This document shows positions 9,261 to 20,231 of a stretch of DNA of 32,000 nucleotides, piece after piece. The first letter of the stretch is position 1. Every line of letters starts with the position of its first letter. The DNA comes from an uncultured Actinomycetes bacterium (GTDB lineage Bacteria; Actinomycetota; Actinomycetes; S36-B12; CAIYMF01): contig CAWJMG010000003.1 of assembly GCA_963843975.1 (NCBI GenBank), positions 1,440,001 to 1,472,000 on the forward strand. The letters are read 5' to 3'. The position numbers and the translations under genes were made by a program. The notes beneath the pieces are model-generated. The model was not told the origin of the DNA. It saw nothing but the letters and a program-made list of their open reading frames with translations, and made no database searches.

Positions 9261-9294
9261 GTGAGGGGGCGAGCCGTCCGGCTCGCCCCCTCAC
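9261..9294 (-). terminator. GC-rich hairpin (15-bp perfect stem, 4-nt loop) 26 nt downstream of rpmA
   Basis: Sequence: GTGAGGGGGCGAGCC-gtcc-GGCTCGCCCCCTCAC. No U tract follows on the minus strand, so this may be an attenuator or partial terminator between rpmA and obg. Confidence 0.55.
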
Positions 9295-9320
9295 GTCAGG
9301 GTCATGCGTGGGTGGTGCGG

Positions 9321-9572
9321 TCACTCACCGACGACGTTGACGACGCGGCGACCGCGACGGGTGCCGAACTCGACCGCGCCGGGGGCGAGGGCGAACAGGG
9401 TGTCGTCCTTGCCGCGGCCGACGTTCTCGCCCGGGTGGAAGTGGGTGCCGCGCTGGCGGACGATGATCTCGCCGGCGTTGACCAGCTGACCGCCGAAGCG
9501 CTTCACGCCGAGGCGCTGCGCGTTGGAGTCGCGACCGTTCCTGGTGCTGGAAGCACCCTTCTTGTGAGCCAT
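9321..9572 (-). CDS. rpmA: 50S ribosomal protein L27
   Basis: 83 aa. The sequence [29 protein letters not shown] is canonical L27. Confidence 0.98.
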   Translation of the reverse strand: MAHKKGASSTRNGRDSNAQRLGVKRFGGQLVNAGEIIVRQRGTHFHPGENVGRGKDDTLFALAPGAVEFGTRRGRRVVNVVGE

Positions 9573-9602
9573 GTGTCGTCAGTCCTCGGTCGTCTCAGGT
9601 GC

Positions 9603-9914
9603 TCAGGAGGTCTCGATACCAGTGACGCGCACCTTGGTGAGCTTCGCGCGGAAGCCCATACGGCGCTTGTACCCGGTCTTGTTCTTGTAGTGCTGGATAC
9701 GGATCTTCGGGCCCTTGGTGTGCTCGACGACCTCGGCGGTGACGGTGACGCCCGCGAGCGCCTTCGCGTCCGACGTGACGGTCTCACCGTCGACGAGCAG
9801 AAGCGCAGGCAGGGTCAGGGTCGACCCGGTGTCGTTGCCCTGACGGTCCAGCTCGATGACGTCGCCGACGGCGACCTTCTCCTGCCGGCCGCCGGCCTTG
9901 ACGATGGCGTACAC
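9603..9914 (-). CDS. rplU: 50S ribosomal protein L21
   Basis: The track ORF is over-extended to 10022. The GTG at 9912-9914 gives the canonical N-terminus (M)[13 protein letters not shown], with GGAGA 7 nt upstream. The product is 103 aa. Confidence 0.95.
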   Translation of the reverse strand: MYAIVKAGGRQEKVAVGDVIELDRQGNDTGSTLTLPALLLVDGETVTSDAKALAGVTVTAEVVEHTKGPKIRIQHYKNKTGYKRRMGFRAKLTKVRVTGIETS

Positions 9915-10031
9915 CGCGGATCTCCATTCACAAACGTTCTCGGGACGACACCCACGGCAGCGACCTCGGCGAGGCAGAACCGCTCTCCAGAGCACTGGGG
10001 GCGTCAGGGGTGCCATGGGCACCGAGGGTCA

Positions 10032-10061
10032 AGGGTACGAACCGGGCACTACGTGGGTCAA
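10032..10061 (-). promoter_or_regulatory. Candidate housekeeping-sigma promoter of rplU-rpmA (TTGACC-18 nt-TACCCT)
   Basis: The minus strand reads ggTTTGACCcacgtagtgcccggttcgTACCCTtgacc. The -35 is at 10056-10061 and the -10 (TANNNT) at 10032-10037. This implies a leader of about 110 nt before the rplU GTG. Confidence 0.45.
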
Positions 10062-10108
10062 ACCGGGATGCCCCAGCCTGGCCCTGCGCCCGCTCCGCGT
10101 GAGCAGGC

Positions 10109-12787
10109 TCACCCCGCCGAGGCGGGGCCTGCCTTACGGGTCGCCTTGCGCGGGCCCCGCTTGCGGGGCGCCGGCTTGGTGGCAGGAGCCTCGGCGGCCG
10201 AGGTGGCCTCCGTGGACGCTGCCGGGGCCTCGGGAGCCGTCGCGGTGCCCTCACGGGCCTCCTCGGCGTGCTCCGCGTGGTGCGCCTGGTCCTCCGCGAC
10301 GGCGGCCGAGGCCTCCGCTGCGGCGGCCGCAGCCGCGTCCGCGGCCCGCTTGGCGGCCGCGGCGTGGACCTTCTCCATCGCCTCGGTCACCTTGGGGTCG
10401 ATCGCCCGCGGCTCGACCTCGACGGCGGGTGCCGCCGACTTGGCCCGGCTCTTGCGGCCGCCGCCCTCGGGCTCGGCGCCCTTGCGCTTACGGCTGCGGG
10501 TGCCGGCACCGCCGGCCTCGGCGTCCACCTCGCCCGCGGCGGCCTTGGCCGCCACCGGCTCGGAGTGCACGTGGTAGCCGCGGCCCTGGCAGGCCTCGCA
10601 GGCCTCGCTGAAGACCTCGAGCAGGCCCTGGCCGATGCGCTTGCGCGTCATCTGCACGAGCCCGAGCGAGGTGACCTCGGCGACCTGGTGCTTGGTGCGG
10701 TCACGCCCGAGGCACTCCACCAGGCGGCGAAGGACGAGGTCGCGGTTGCTCTCGAGCACCATGTCGATGAAGTCGACGACGATGATGCCGCCGATGTCGC
10801 GCAGCCGGAGTTGGCGGACGATCTCCTCAGCGGCCTCGAGGTTGTTGCGGGTGACCGTCTCCTCGAGGTTGCCGCCCTGACCGGTGAACTTGCCGGTGTT
10901 GACGTCGACGACGGTCATCGCCTCGGTGCGGTCGATGACGAGCGATCCGCCCGAGGGCAGCCAGACCTTGCGGTCGAGCGCCTTGGCCAGCTGCTCGTCG
11001 ATCCGCATCTCGCGGAACAGGTCGCCGGGGCCGACCCACGGGCGCACGCGCTGGGCGAGGTCGGGAGCGACGCCGGCGACGTACTCGGTCAGCGTCTCGG
11101 CGATCTCCACGCCCTCGACGAGGAGCTGGGTGAAGTCCTCGTTGAAGATGTCGCGGACGACCTTGATCGCGAGGTCGGGCTCGCCGTGCAGGAGGGCCGG
11201 TCCGCCGTTGGCGGCCGAGATCTTCTCCTGGATCTGGGTCCACTGGTCGGCGAGGCGCTCGACGTCGCGACGCAGCTCCTCCTCGGCAGCGCCCTCGGCC
11301 GCGGTGCGCACGATGACGCCGGCGTCCTCGGGCACGACCTGGCGCAGGATCGCCTTCAGGCGCGAGCGCTCGGCGTCGGGCAGCTTGCGGCTGATGCCCG
11401 TCATCTGGCCCTCGGGCACGTAGACGACGAAGCGGCCGGGCAGCGAGATCTGCGCGGTGAGGCGCGCACCCTTGTGGCCGAGCGGGTCCTTGCTGACCTG
11501 CACGAGGACGGGGTCGCCGGGCTTGAGTGCGGCCTCGATGCGCTTGGGCTGGCCCTCGAGGCCGGCGGCGTCCCAGTTGACCTCGCCGGCGTAGAGCACG
11601 GCGTTGCGGCCACGGCCGATGTCGACGAAGGCGGCCTCCATGCTCGGCAGCACGTTCTGGACCTTGCCCAGGTAGACGTTGCCGATCATCGACGCGCCGT
11701 TGTTGCGGTTGACGTAGTGCTCCACGAGCACGCCGTCCTCGAGGACTGCGATCTGGGTGCGGTCGTCGCGCTGGCGCACGACCATCACGCGCTCGACCGC
11801 CTCGCGGCGGGCGAGGAACTCGGCCTCGGTGAGGATCGAGGGACGGCGACGACCGGCCTCACGACCCTCGCGGCGCCGCTGCTTCTTGGCCTCGAGCCGC
11901 GTCGACCCCTTGACCGAGGTGACCTCCGACGACACCGAGCGCTGGCGCGGCTCGCGCACCCGCACGACAGTGTTCGGCGGGTCGTCCTGGTCGCTGCCGT
12001 CGCCCGAGGCGCCACGACGCCGACGACGGCGGCGGCGGCTGCTGCTGTCGGAGTCGTCGGACTCCTCGGCGCTGTCGGGGGTCGCGGCGGGGTCGCTCGA
12101 CTCGGCCTGGTCGTCGTCGGCCTCGGAGTCGTCGGCGGCGTCGCCGTCCTCGCCGGGCCGACGGCGACGGCCGCGGCCGCCACGACGGCGACGGCGGCGG
12201 GCGGCGGTGCTGCCGCCCTCGTTCTCCTCGGCCTCGACGGCCTCGGCGTCCGCCTCGGTGGTCTCGGCGTCCTCGTCCTCGTCCTCGTCCTCGACGGGCT
12301 CGGGCACGACCTCGACCGGGGCGGAGGCCTTCTTGGCCGGGCGCTTGCGGGCGGGCGGGGCGTCGGCGCTCGGCGCCTGGAACATGAGCATCCCGGCGGC
12401 GGGCGCGGCCGGGGCGTCGGGAGCCACGGTCTCGTCGACCACGGCGGAGAAGGTCGGCACCTCGATGGCCTTGCGGCTGCGGGTGCGCTTGGCGGGCTTG
12501 TCGGCAGGTGCCTCGGCGGGCGCCGGGGCCGGGGCCGGCTCGGCAGCCTCGGCCGCGGGGGCCGTCTTCTTGGCGGCGGTCTTCTTGGTGGTCTTCTTGG
12601 CGGCGGCCTTCTTGGCCGGCTTGGCCGCGGACTCCTCGGTCACGGCCGCGGGTGCGGCGTCGGCCTCAGCCGGGGGGACGACGGCGGGCGGGCCCGCCGG
12701 ACGACCCGCCGCGCGGCGGCGCGGCCTGCGTGCTGCGGGGGCGCCTTCGGACGCGTCGGAGGTGGTGAAGGGGGTCTCGTCGCTCAC
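10109..12787 (-). CDS. rne: Ribonuclease E (Rne/Rng family)
   Basis: 892 aa with a GTG start and AGGAG 8 nt upstream. A central S1 domain plus RNase E/G catalytic core (about aa 330-740, for example GNVYLGKVQNVLPSMEAAFVDIG and GGIIVVDFIDM) is flanked by long Arg/Pro/Ala/Asp/Glu-rich disordered arms. That architecture is known for actinobacterial RNase E. Confidence 0.95.
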   Translation of the reverse strand: MSDETPFTTSDASEGAPAARRPRRRAAGRPAGPPAVVPPAEADAAPAAVTEESAAKPAKKAAAKKTTKKTAAKKTAPAAEAAEPAPAPAPAEAPADKPAKRTRSRKAIEVPTFSAVVDETVAPDAPAAPAAGMLMFQAPSADAPPARKRPAKKASAPVEVVPEPVEDEDEDEDAETTEADAEAVEAEENEGGSTAARRRRRRGGRGRRRRPGEDGDAADDSEADDDQAESSDPAATPDSAEESDDSDSSSRRRRRRRRGASGDGSDQDDPPNTVVRVREPRQRSVSSEVTSVKGSTRLEAKKQRRREGREAGRRRPSILTEAEFLARREAVERVMVVRQRDDRTQIAVLEDGVLVEHYVNRNNGASMIGNVYLGKVQNVLPSMEAAFVDIGRGRNAVLYAGEVNWDAAGLEGQPKRIEAALKPGDPVLVQVSKDPLGHKGARLTAQISLPGRFVVYVPEGQMTGISRKLPDAERSRLKAILRQVVPEDAGVIVRTAAEGAAEEELRRDVERLADQWTQIQEKISAANGGPALLHGEPDLAIKVVRDIFNEDFTQLLVEGVEIAETLTEYVAGVAPDLAQRVRPWVGPGDLFREMRIDEQLAKALDRKVWLPSGGSLVIDRTEAMTVVDVNTGKFTGQGGNLEETVTRNNLEAAEEIVRQLRLRDIGGIIVVDFIDMVLESNRDLVLRRLVECLGRDRTKHQVAEVTSLGLVQMTRKRIGQGLLEVFSEACEACQGRGYHVHSEPVAAKAAAGEVDAEAGGAGTRSRKRKGAEPEGGGRKSRAKSAAPAVEVEPRAIDPKVTEAMEKVHAAAAKRAADAAAAAAAEASAAVAEDQAHHAEHAEEAREGTATAPEAPAASTEATSAAEAPATKPAPRKRGPRKATRKAGPASAG

Positions 12788-12926
12788 GCGAACTACTCCT
12801 GTCCGACCCCCGGGTTCCGTGGAACCGCGCGGAGGTCACGTCGTCCGGCACCGGGGTGACGGACGAAAGCCAGTGGGATGCACCGGAGAGCTCGCCGGAT
12901 GGCGCGGACCGGTGCCGACGCCGGCC

Positions 12927-13702
12927 TCAGGCGCGGTCAGCCGCGAGCGGGTCGGACACCGTGAGGGTCACGGGCCCGGTGCTCGCGTCCGCAGCGAGCG
13001 GCCCCTGCGCCAGCCGGGTCACCCGAGGGGGGACCGGCGGCACCAGGTCGGCCACAAGCCGCAGAGCAGCGAGGACGTCATCGGGTCGGACGGACGGGGT
13101 TACGTGCCGCACGACCAGGTCGAGTATCGCACAGGGCTCGCCCGCGTCTCCCCCGTGTGCCTCCGGCCGCGCGTGGCGGGTCTCGAGCCGCACGACCGGC
13201 TCGCGCGCATCGAACGTCCGCATGCCGGACTTCGTGAGGCGCTGGACCTCGACGACGTCGGCCGCGAGGAAGGCCGCCGCCGCGGCCTCGACCTGCTCGA
13301 CGGGCAGCCCGGGGAGCTCGAGGGTCCACACGCTGGCCTGCAGCCGGTCGGCGAGGTCGGGGGTGCGGACCTCGACCACCTCGAGGACGTCGATGCCCGG
13401 GGGCAGCGCCTCGTCGAGGGCGGTGCGGACCTTGTCGGGGTCGAGGACGGCCGTGACTGCGATCTCGACGTACTCGGCCTCGCTGGCGGTGCCGGTGGGC
13501 GCGGCGTTGGAGTACGAGATGCGCGGGTGCGGGTTGAACCCCTGGCTGTAGGCCATCGGGACGCCGGTGCGCCGCAGCGCGCGCTCGAACGCCCGCTGGA
13601 AGTCGCGCGTGCTCGTGAACCGCAGCCGGCCGCGCTTGGCGTACCGGAGGCGCAGCCGCTGGACGGTCGGCGCGACGTCGCGGACCGGTGCCTGCCGGGC
13701 CA

Positions 13703-13703
<1 letters not shown>
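12927..13703 (-). CDS. TIGR03936 family radical SAM-associated protein (DUF2344)
   Basis: The track ORF 12927..14420 is over-extended into the upstream gene. The ATG at 13701-13703 shares one base with the upstream TGA (TGATG). The product starts MARQAPVRDVAPTVQRLRLRYAKRGRLRFTSTRDFQRAFERALRRTGVPMAYSQGFNPHPRISY, which fits the DUF2344 signature. Length is 258 aa. Confidence 0.85.
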
Positions 13704-15667
<1,964 letters not shown>

Positions 15668-15931
15668 GGGACGGCCTTTCCAGGAGGAGCAGGGGAACGT
15701 AGGTGATCCTAACGAAGGGGGCGGTGTCCGGCCCCCCGGCAGCCCAGGGGCACCCCCGACCAGCCACCGGTGCGGCAAGTACGCGTTCGACCCGCAGTAC
15801 CCCGCGCCGCCGGGTTTGCGCGGGTCGAGGTGGGCCGAGGAACGAGGCTCGCCGAGAGCCGCGCCCGGCGCGGGGTGCCCGACGTGAGGAGCGACGGAGG
15901 AGCGACGAGCGTGGAGGGCCCGAAAACAGAG

Positions 15932-17089
15932 CTACTTCTCCTGGGTCTTCATGTGGACGTTGAGCAGGAGTCCGACGGCTATCCAGCTCGCGAACATGGA
16001 GGTGCCGCCGTATGAGACGAAGGGCAGCGGCACGCCGGTCACCGGCATGATGCCGAGGTTCATGCCGATGTTCTCGAAGGCCTGGAAGCCGATCCACACC
16101 GCGATGCCCGTGGCCACGAGCCGGCCGAACAGGTCGTTGGCACGGATGGCGATGCGGATGGCGCGCCAGAGCAGGACGCCGAGCAGCACGATGATCGCGG
16201 CGGCGCCGACGAAGCCGAGCTCCTCCCCCGCGACGGAGTACACGAAGTCGGTCTGGTTGTACGGGACGAACCGGCCCTGGGTCTGCGGGCCCTGGAAGAG
16301 GCCCTGGCCGAAGATGCCTCCGGAGCCGATCGCGATGCGCGCCTGCTGGGTGTTGTAGCCGATGCCGCGCGGGTCGTTGGCCGGGTCGGCGAACGCCGTG
16401 AGGCGGTCGACCTGGTACTGCTTCAGGATCCCCACCTGCAGCGCCACGAACGAGCCGATGGCGGCGGTCGCGAGGATGCCGACGAGCCAGCGGGTCTTGG
16501 CGCCGGACACGGCGATGATGCCGAAGACGGCGCACGCCGTGACCATCACGGTGCCGAGGTCGGGCTGCAGCATGATCAGGCCGATCGGCACGCCGGCCAC
16601 GAGCAGCGCGTAGAACACGTCGATGTCGCGCGGCTCGTTCTCGGCGTCGCGCTTCTCCGACAGGAGCATCGACATGCCGAGGATGATCGCGATCTTCGCG
16701 AACTCCGACGGCTGGATCGTGAAGCCTGCGGGCAGCGAGATCCACGCCTTCGCGCCGTTGATCTCGGTGCCCTTCACGAGCACGAACAGCAGGCCGAGGA
16801 TCGAGACGCCCCACAGGATCGGGGTGTAGGCGCGGAGCAGGCGGTAGTCGAACCGCGACACCAGCACCGCGAGCGCGATGCCGATCACGAGGTTGATCAG
16901 GTGCTTCTTGAGGTACGACTGCGGGTCGTTGTCGTACGTCGACAGCTTGCCCGAGGTCGCCGACCAGACGAGCAGCGCGCCGAGCACGGACAGGGCGAGC
17001 GCGGCGACGACGAGGGTCCAGTCGACCCTGCGCCACGCGGACTCGCGCCGACGCGGCGGCGCGGCGGCTGTGGGGTACAGCAGCGTCAT
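15932..17089 (-). CDS. rodA: Rod shape-determining protein RodA (SEDS family peptidoglycan glycosyltransferase)
   Basis: The track ORF is over-extended to 17584. The ATG at 17087-17089 overlaps the mrdA stop (ATGA). The 385-aa polytopic protein carries the FtsW/RodA/SpoVE motifs IQPSEFAKI, QPDLGT, TDFVYSVAGEELGF and GVPLPFVSYGGTSM. Confidence 0.93.
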   Translation of the reverse strand: MTLLYPTAAAPPRRRESAWRRVDWTLVVAALALSVLGALLVWSATSGKLSTYDNDPQSYLKKHLINLVIGIALAVLVSRFDYRLLRAYTPILWGVSILGLLFVLVKGTEINGAKAWISLPAGFTIQPSEFAKIAIILGMSMLLSEKRDAENEPRDIDVFYALLVAGVPIGLIMLQPDLGTVMVTACAVFGIIAVSGAKTRWLVGILATAAIGSFVALQVGILKQYQVDRLTAFADPANDPRGIGYNTQQARIAIGSGGIFGQGLFQGPQTQGRFVPYNQTDFVYSVAGEELGFVGAAAIIVLLGVLLWRAIRIAIRANDLFGRLVATGIAVWIGFQAFENIGMNLGIMPVTGVPLPFVSYGGTSMFASWIAVGLLLNVHMKTQEK

Positions 17090-19515
17090 GCCGACCACCG
17101 CCCGTCCGAGCGTGGCGCAGAGGACGTGTGGACGACGCCGTGCCCGCGTCTGCGCCGTCGACGGGACGACCGCCCGAGGAGTGCCGCGCCCGCGAGCGGC
17201 GGCAGGGCGATGAGACCGGCGGCGTTGCCGGCGGCGGGGTCGGGCTGGGCGCCGTCGTCGACCGAGGCGCTCGGGTCGGCCGACGCCGACGGCTCGACGG
17301 CACCAGCCGAAGCGCCCGCGGACGGCGTGGAGGTCGTGACGCTCTGGGGCATGCCCGGGTAGACCGGCGTGCCGTCGGACTTCACCTTGGGCAGCTTGGT
17401 CGAGGGCTTCGAGCCGACCAGCACGGACTTGCTCGGGTCGACGGTCGAGCCCTTGACGCCGTAGATGGCCTCGTAGATGCGACGGACGCTGGGGGCGCTG
17501 GTGCTCGCACCGGTGCCACCCTGCGACACCATCATCACGACGGCGTACTTCGGTGCGTTCGCCGGCGCGAAGGTCGCGAACCACGACGTCGACTGGTCGC
17601 CCGCCTTGGAGGCCTGACCCGTACCGGTCTTGGCGGCAACGGGGATCTGGTCGAGCGGGAAGCCGCGGAACGGATTGTAGCCCGTGCCGTACGGCTGACG
17701 GGTGACGTCGCTGAACGCCGAGCGCAGGAAGGCGAGGTCGCTCTTGGAGACGGGCAGCGTGCCCATCTTCTTGGGCTTGATCTTCTCGACGACCTTGCCG
17801 TTGGTGGCGACGACGCCCTTGGCGACCTGCGGCTGCCAGATCGTGCCGCCGTTGGCGAGGGCGGCGTACGCCTGGGTCACCTGCAGCGGCGTGACGACCA
17901 TGTCGCCCTGGCCGATGGAGAGGTTGACGGCGTCACCTGCGCGGAACACGTTGCCGTCGGCGCAGTTCTCCTTGGCGAGGGCCTTGAGGAAGATCGCGCG
18001 AGCGGGGTCGGTCTTGGCGACCTCGGGGTAGCCGGTGACCGCGCGCTTGCACCACGCGTCCTTGAGCTGGGAGTAGAGCAGCTTGCGGAACTCGCGGCCG
18101 CCGACGCGACCGCGCGACTCGCTCGGCAGGTCGATGCCCGTGCGGGCGCCGTAGCCATAGGCCTTGGCCATGGTCTCGATCGGGTCGGCGGGCTTCGCCT
18201 TGGGCGTGAGGCCGCCGTCCTTGACCCACCAGTTGTAGGCGACCTCGTACCACATGGTGTCGCAGGAGACCGCGAGCCCCTTGGCGAGCGAGAGTCGGCC
18301 GAACTGCTCGCCCTCGAAGTTGCGGAAGGTCTGGGTGCCGACCTTGTACTCCGACGGGCAGTCGAACGTGGAGCTCTGGGAGTAGCCGTTGGAGAGGGCG
18401 GCGGAGGCCGACACGATCTTGAACGTCGACGCCGGCACGAACTGGCCCTGGATCGCGCGCGAGATCAAGGGGTAGTTGGACTTCACCGAGGTGAGGCCCT
18501 TGTACTCCTTGGACGAGATGCCGCCGACCCACACGGTGGGGTCGTACGACGGGTAGCTCGCCATCGCGAGGATGTGCCCGTTGGTGACGTCCATGACGAC
18601 GGCGGCACCGGAGTCGGCCTTGTAGTTGCGGCTCGGGTCGGTGCGGTCCGGGGTGTTGCGCGCCTTGGTGATCGCGGCGAGCAGCTCCTTCTCGATGACG
18701 GACTGGAGCTTGGAGTCGATGTTGGTGACGAGGTAGTTGCCCGGCACGGAGTCGGTCTCGCTCACGGTGCCGACGACGTTGGCCGCCTGGTCGACCGCGA
18801 GCTTCTTGATGCCGGGCTCGCCGCGCAGCTCGGCGTCGTACTGCGCCTCGAGGCCGGAGCGCCCGACGAGGTCGGTACGACGGAGGATCGACTCGTCGGC
18901 GGGCAGGGTGCCGGCATCGCGCGCCGCCTTCTGCGCGGCGAGCTCGGTGTCGCTCACCGGGCCGAGGTAGCCGAGGATGTGCGCCGCGTTCGCGCCGTCC
19001 GGGGTCGGGTACTCACGCACGGCCTCGAGGCCGGCGGTGACGCCCGGGTAGTCCGAGCGCTTCTCCATGATCGTGAGCGCGAGGTTCTGCGTGATGTCCT
19101 TCGCGACCGGGATCGGCTGGAAGGGCGAGCCGTTCCAGCAGATCGGCGGCTTCTCGTGGGCCTCGGGCCCGCAGAGCTCGAGCTTGTACGACAGCGCGGT
19201 GTACGTGGTGCCGAGGGCGGCGGCGAGCCGCGTGAGGACGGCCTTGCCGTCGTCCTTCTGCTTCGCGAGCTCGGTGCGGTCGACGCTGACCACCAGCGAG
19301 GTGCGGTTGGAGACGAGCGGGCGCCCGAGCTGGTCGAGGATCAGGCCGCGCGTGGCCGGTGTGACGACCTCACGCGTGCCGTTGGCGTCGGCCTTCTGCG
19401 TGTAGACGTCGGCGGAGACGACCTGGAGGAAGAACAGCCGGCTCACCATCGTGACCAGCAGCGAGAACAGGAGCACACCGAGCACCGCGAGGCGCAACGA
19501 GGACCGGTCGCTCAC
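17086..19515 (-). CDS. mrdA: Penicillin-binding protein 2 (elongasome transpeptidase)
   Basis: 809 aa with a GTG start. It has an N-terminal TM anchor, a PBP dimerisation domain, and the transpeptidase motifs STFK (PASTFKIVS) and KTGT (AAKTGTG). It also has a low-complexity C-terminal tail of about 108 aa. Confidence 0.93.
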   Translation of the reverse strand: MSDRSSLRLAVLGVLLFSLLVTMVSRLFFLQVVSADVYTQKADANGTREVVTPATRGLILDQLGRPLVSNRTSLVVSVDRTELAKQKDDGKAVLTRLAAALGTTYTALSYKLELCGPEAHEKPPICWNGSPFQPIPVAKDITQNLALTIMEKRSDYPGVTAGLEAVREYPTPDGANAAHILGYLGPVSDTELAAQKAARDAGTLPADESILRRTDLVGRSGLEAQYDAELRGEPGIKKLAVDQAANVVGTVSETDSVPGNYLVTNIDSKLQSVIEKELLAAITKARNTPDRTDPSRNYKADSGAAVVMDVTNGHILAMASYPSYDPTVWVGGISSKEYKGLTSVKSNYPLISRAIQGQFVPASTFKIVSASAALSNGYSQSSTFDCPSEYKVGTQTFRNFEGEQFGRLSLAKGLAVSCDTMWYEVAYNWWVKDGGLTPKAKPADPIETMAKAYGYGARTGIDLPSESRGRVGGREFRKLLYSQLKDAWCKRAVTGYPEVAKTDPARAIFLKALAKENCADGNVFRAGDAVNLSIGQGDMVVTPLQVTQAYAALANGGTIWQPQVAKGVVATNGKVVEKIKPKKMGTLPVSKSDLAFLRSAFSDVTRQPYGTGYNPFRGFPLDQIPVAAKTGTGQASKAGDQSTSWFATFAPANAPKYAVVMMVSQGGTGASTSAPSVRRIYEAIYGVKGSTVDPSKSVLVGSKPSTKLPKVKSDGTPVYPGMPQSVTTSTPSAGASAGAVEPSASADPSASVDDGAQPDPAAGNAAGLIALPPLAGAALLGRSSRRRRRRGHGVVHTSSAPRSDGRWSA

Positions 19516-19694
19516 TGGTCAGGGCTCCAGGGTGGCTGTGGTGCAGGCGGGCAGGGCCGGACGGGCGTGATCGGTCCGAAGGGTCCGACGACGACGGCGG
19601 ACCCGGGGTTCCCGGGGGTGATGCAGGACTCAGACCGAACTGCACAAGCGTAAGCCCGCCGGGAAGGGGCCGGTCCCGGTCGTACAGCGGGCTC

Positions 19695-20219
19695 TCAGGC
19701 CCGGCCGACGTCGTACCGCGGCGGGGGCGGGTCGACCTTGCGCCACAACCAGCCGACGAGCGGCAGCACGAAGGCGGCGAGCACCAGGGCGTATGCCGCC
19801 TGCGTGAGCGTGAGGCCGGGCACCCGCTCCCAGGAGACCCGCGGATCAGCCACGACGCCGCCCACGAGCGCGAAGCCGAGCACGATGCCGCCGGCGAGGA
19901 CGCCGGTGAGGGCCACCGAGACCAGCGGCGGCCGCTCGGTCTGGCCGAGCAGCCCCGCGAGGTAGCCGACGACCACGAGCACGACGGCCGTGAGGCCGAG
20001 CACGCCGTCGGCCGGCGGGAGCAGGTCGATGAGGACGCCGGCTGCGAAGCCCGCGATCGCGCCGCGGATCGGGCCGGCCACGAAGCCGAGGGCGATCACC
20101 GTGACGGCCACGACGTCCGGCGTCGCGCCGGGCAGGCCGAGCAGCGGGAGGACCGTGAGCTGGACCAGCACGGCGGTCAGCAGCAGCAGCGCCATGAGGG
20201 CCGCGCGGAGCCAGGACAT
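19695..20219 (-). CDS. mreD: Rod shape-determining protein MreD
   Basis: 174 aa, very hydrophobic with several TM segments, located immediately downstream of mreC. Confidence 0.85.
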   Translation of the reverse strand: MSWLRAALMALLLLTAVLVQLTVLPLLGLPGATPDVVAVTVIALGFVAGPIRGAIAGFAAGVLIDLLPPADGVLGLTAVVLVVVGYLAGLLGQTERPPLVSVALTGVLAGGIVLGFALVGGVVADPRVSWERVPGLTLTQAAYALVLAAFVLPLVGWLWRKVDPPPPRYDVGRA

Positions 20220-20231
20220 GGGGGCCGCGCC

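Noticed and set aside
12788-12926. The rne 5' untranslated region as an autoregulatory element like the E. coli rne leader
   Set aside because: Only short local dyads are visible (for example GGTTCC-ac-GGAACC), with no convincing promoter or extended structure. I cannot support it from the sequence alone.
15880-15915. A direct repeat GAGGAGCGACG x2 in the rodA-rSAM spacer, resembling GAGGAGCGAGGAGCGAGGGG upstream of the small ORF at 2020-2050
   Set aside because: These are short purine-rich SD-like low-complexity sequences. The similarity does not extend beyond about 10 nt. No convincing ORF follows the 15880 copy; the downstream plus-strand frame runs antisense into rodA.
19370-19645. A 91-aa minus-strand ORF in the unusually long (179-bp) mreD-mrdA spacer
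   Set aside because: GC3 is only about 65%. The ORF overlaps the mrdA start out of frame and has no SD. The spacer holds only a weak 7-bp hairpin (19581-19604). It is probably just a 5' UTR or internal promoter region.
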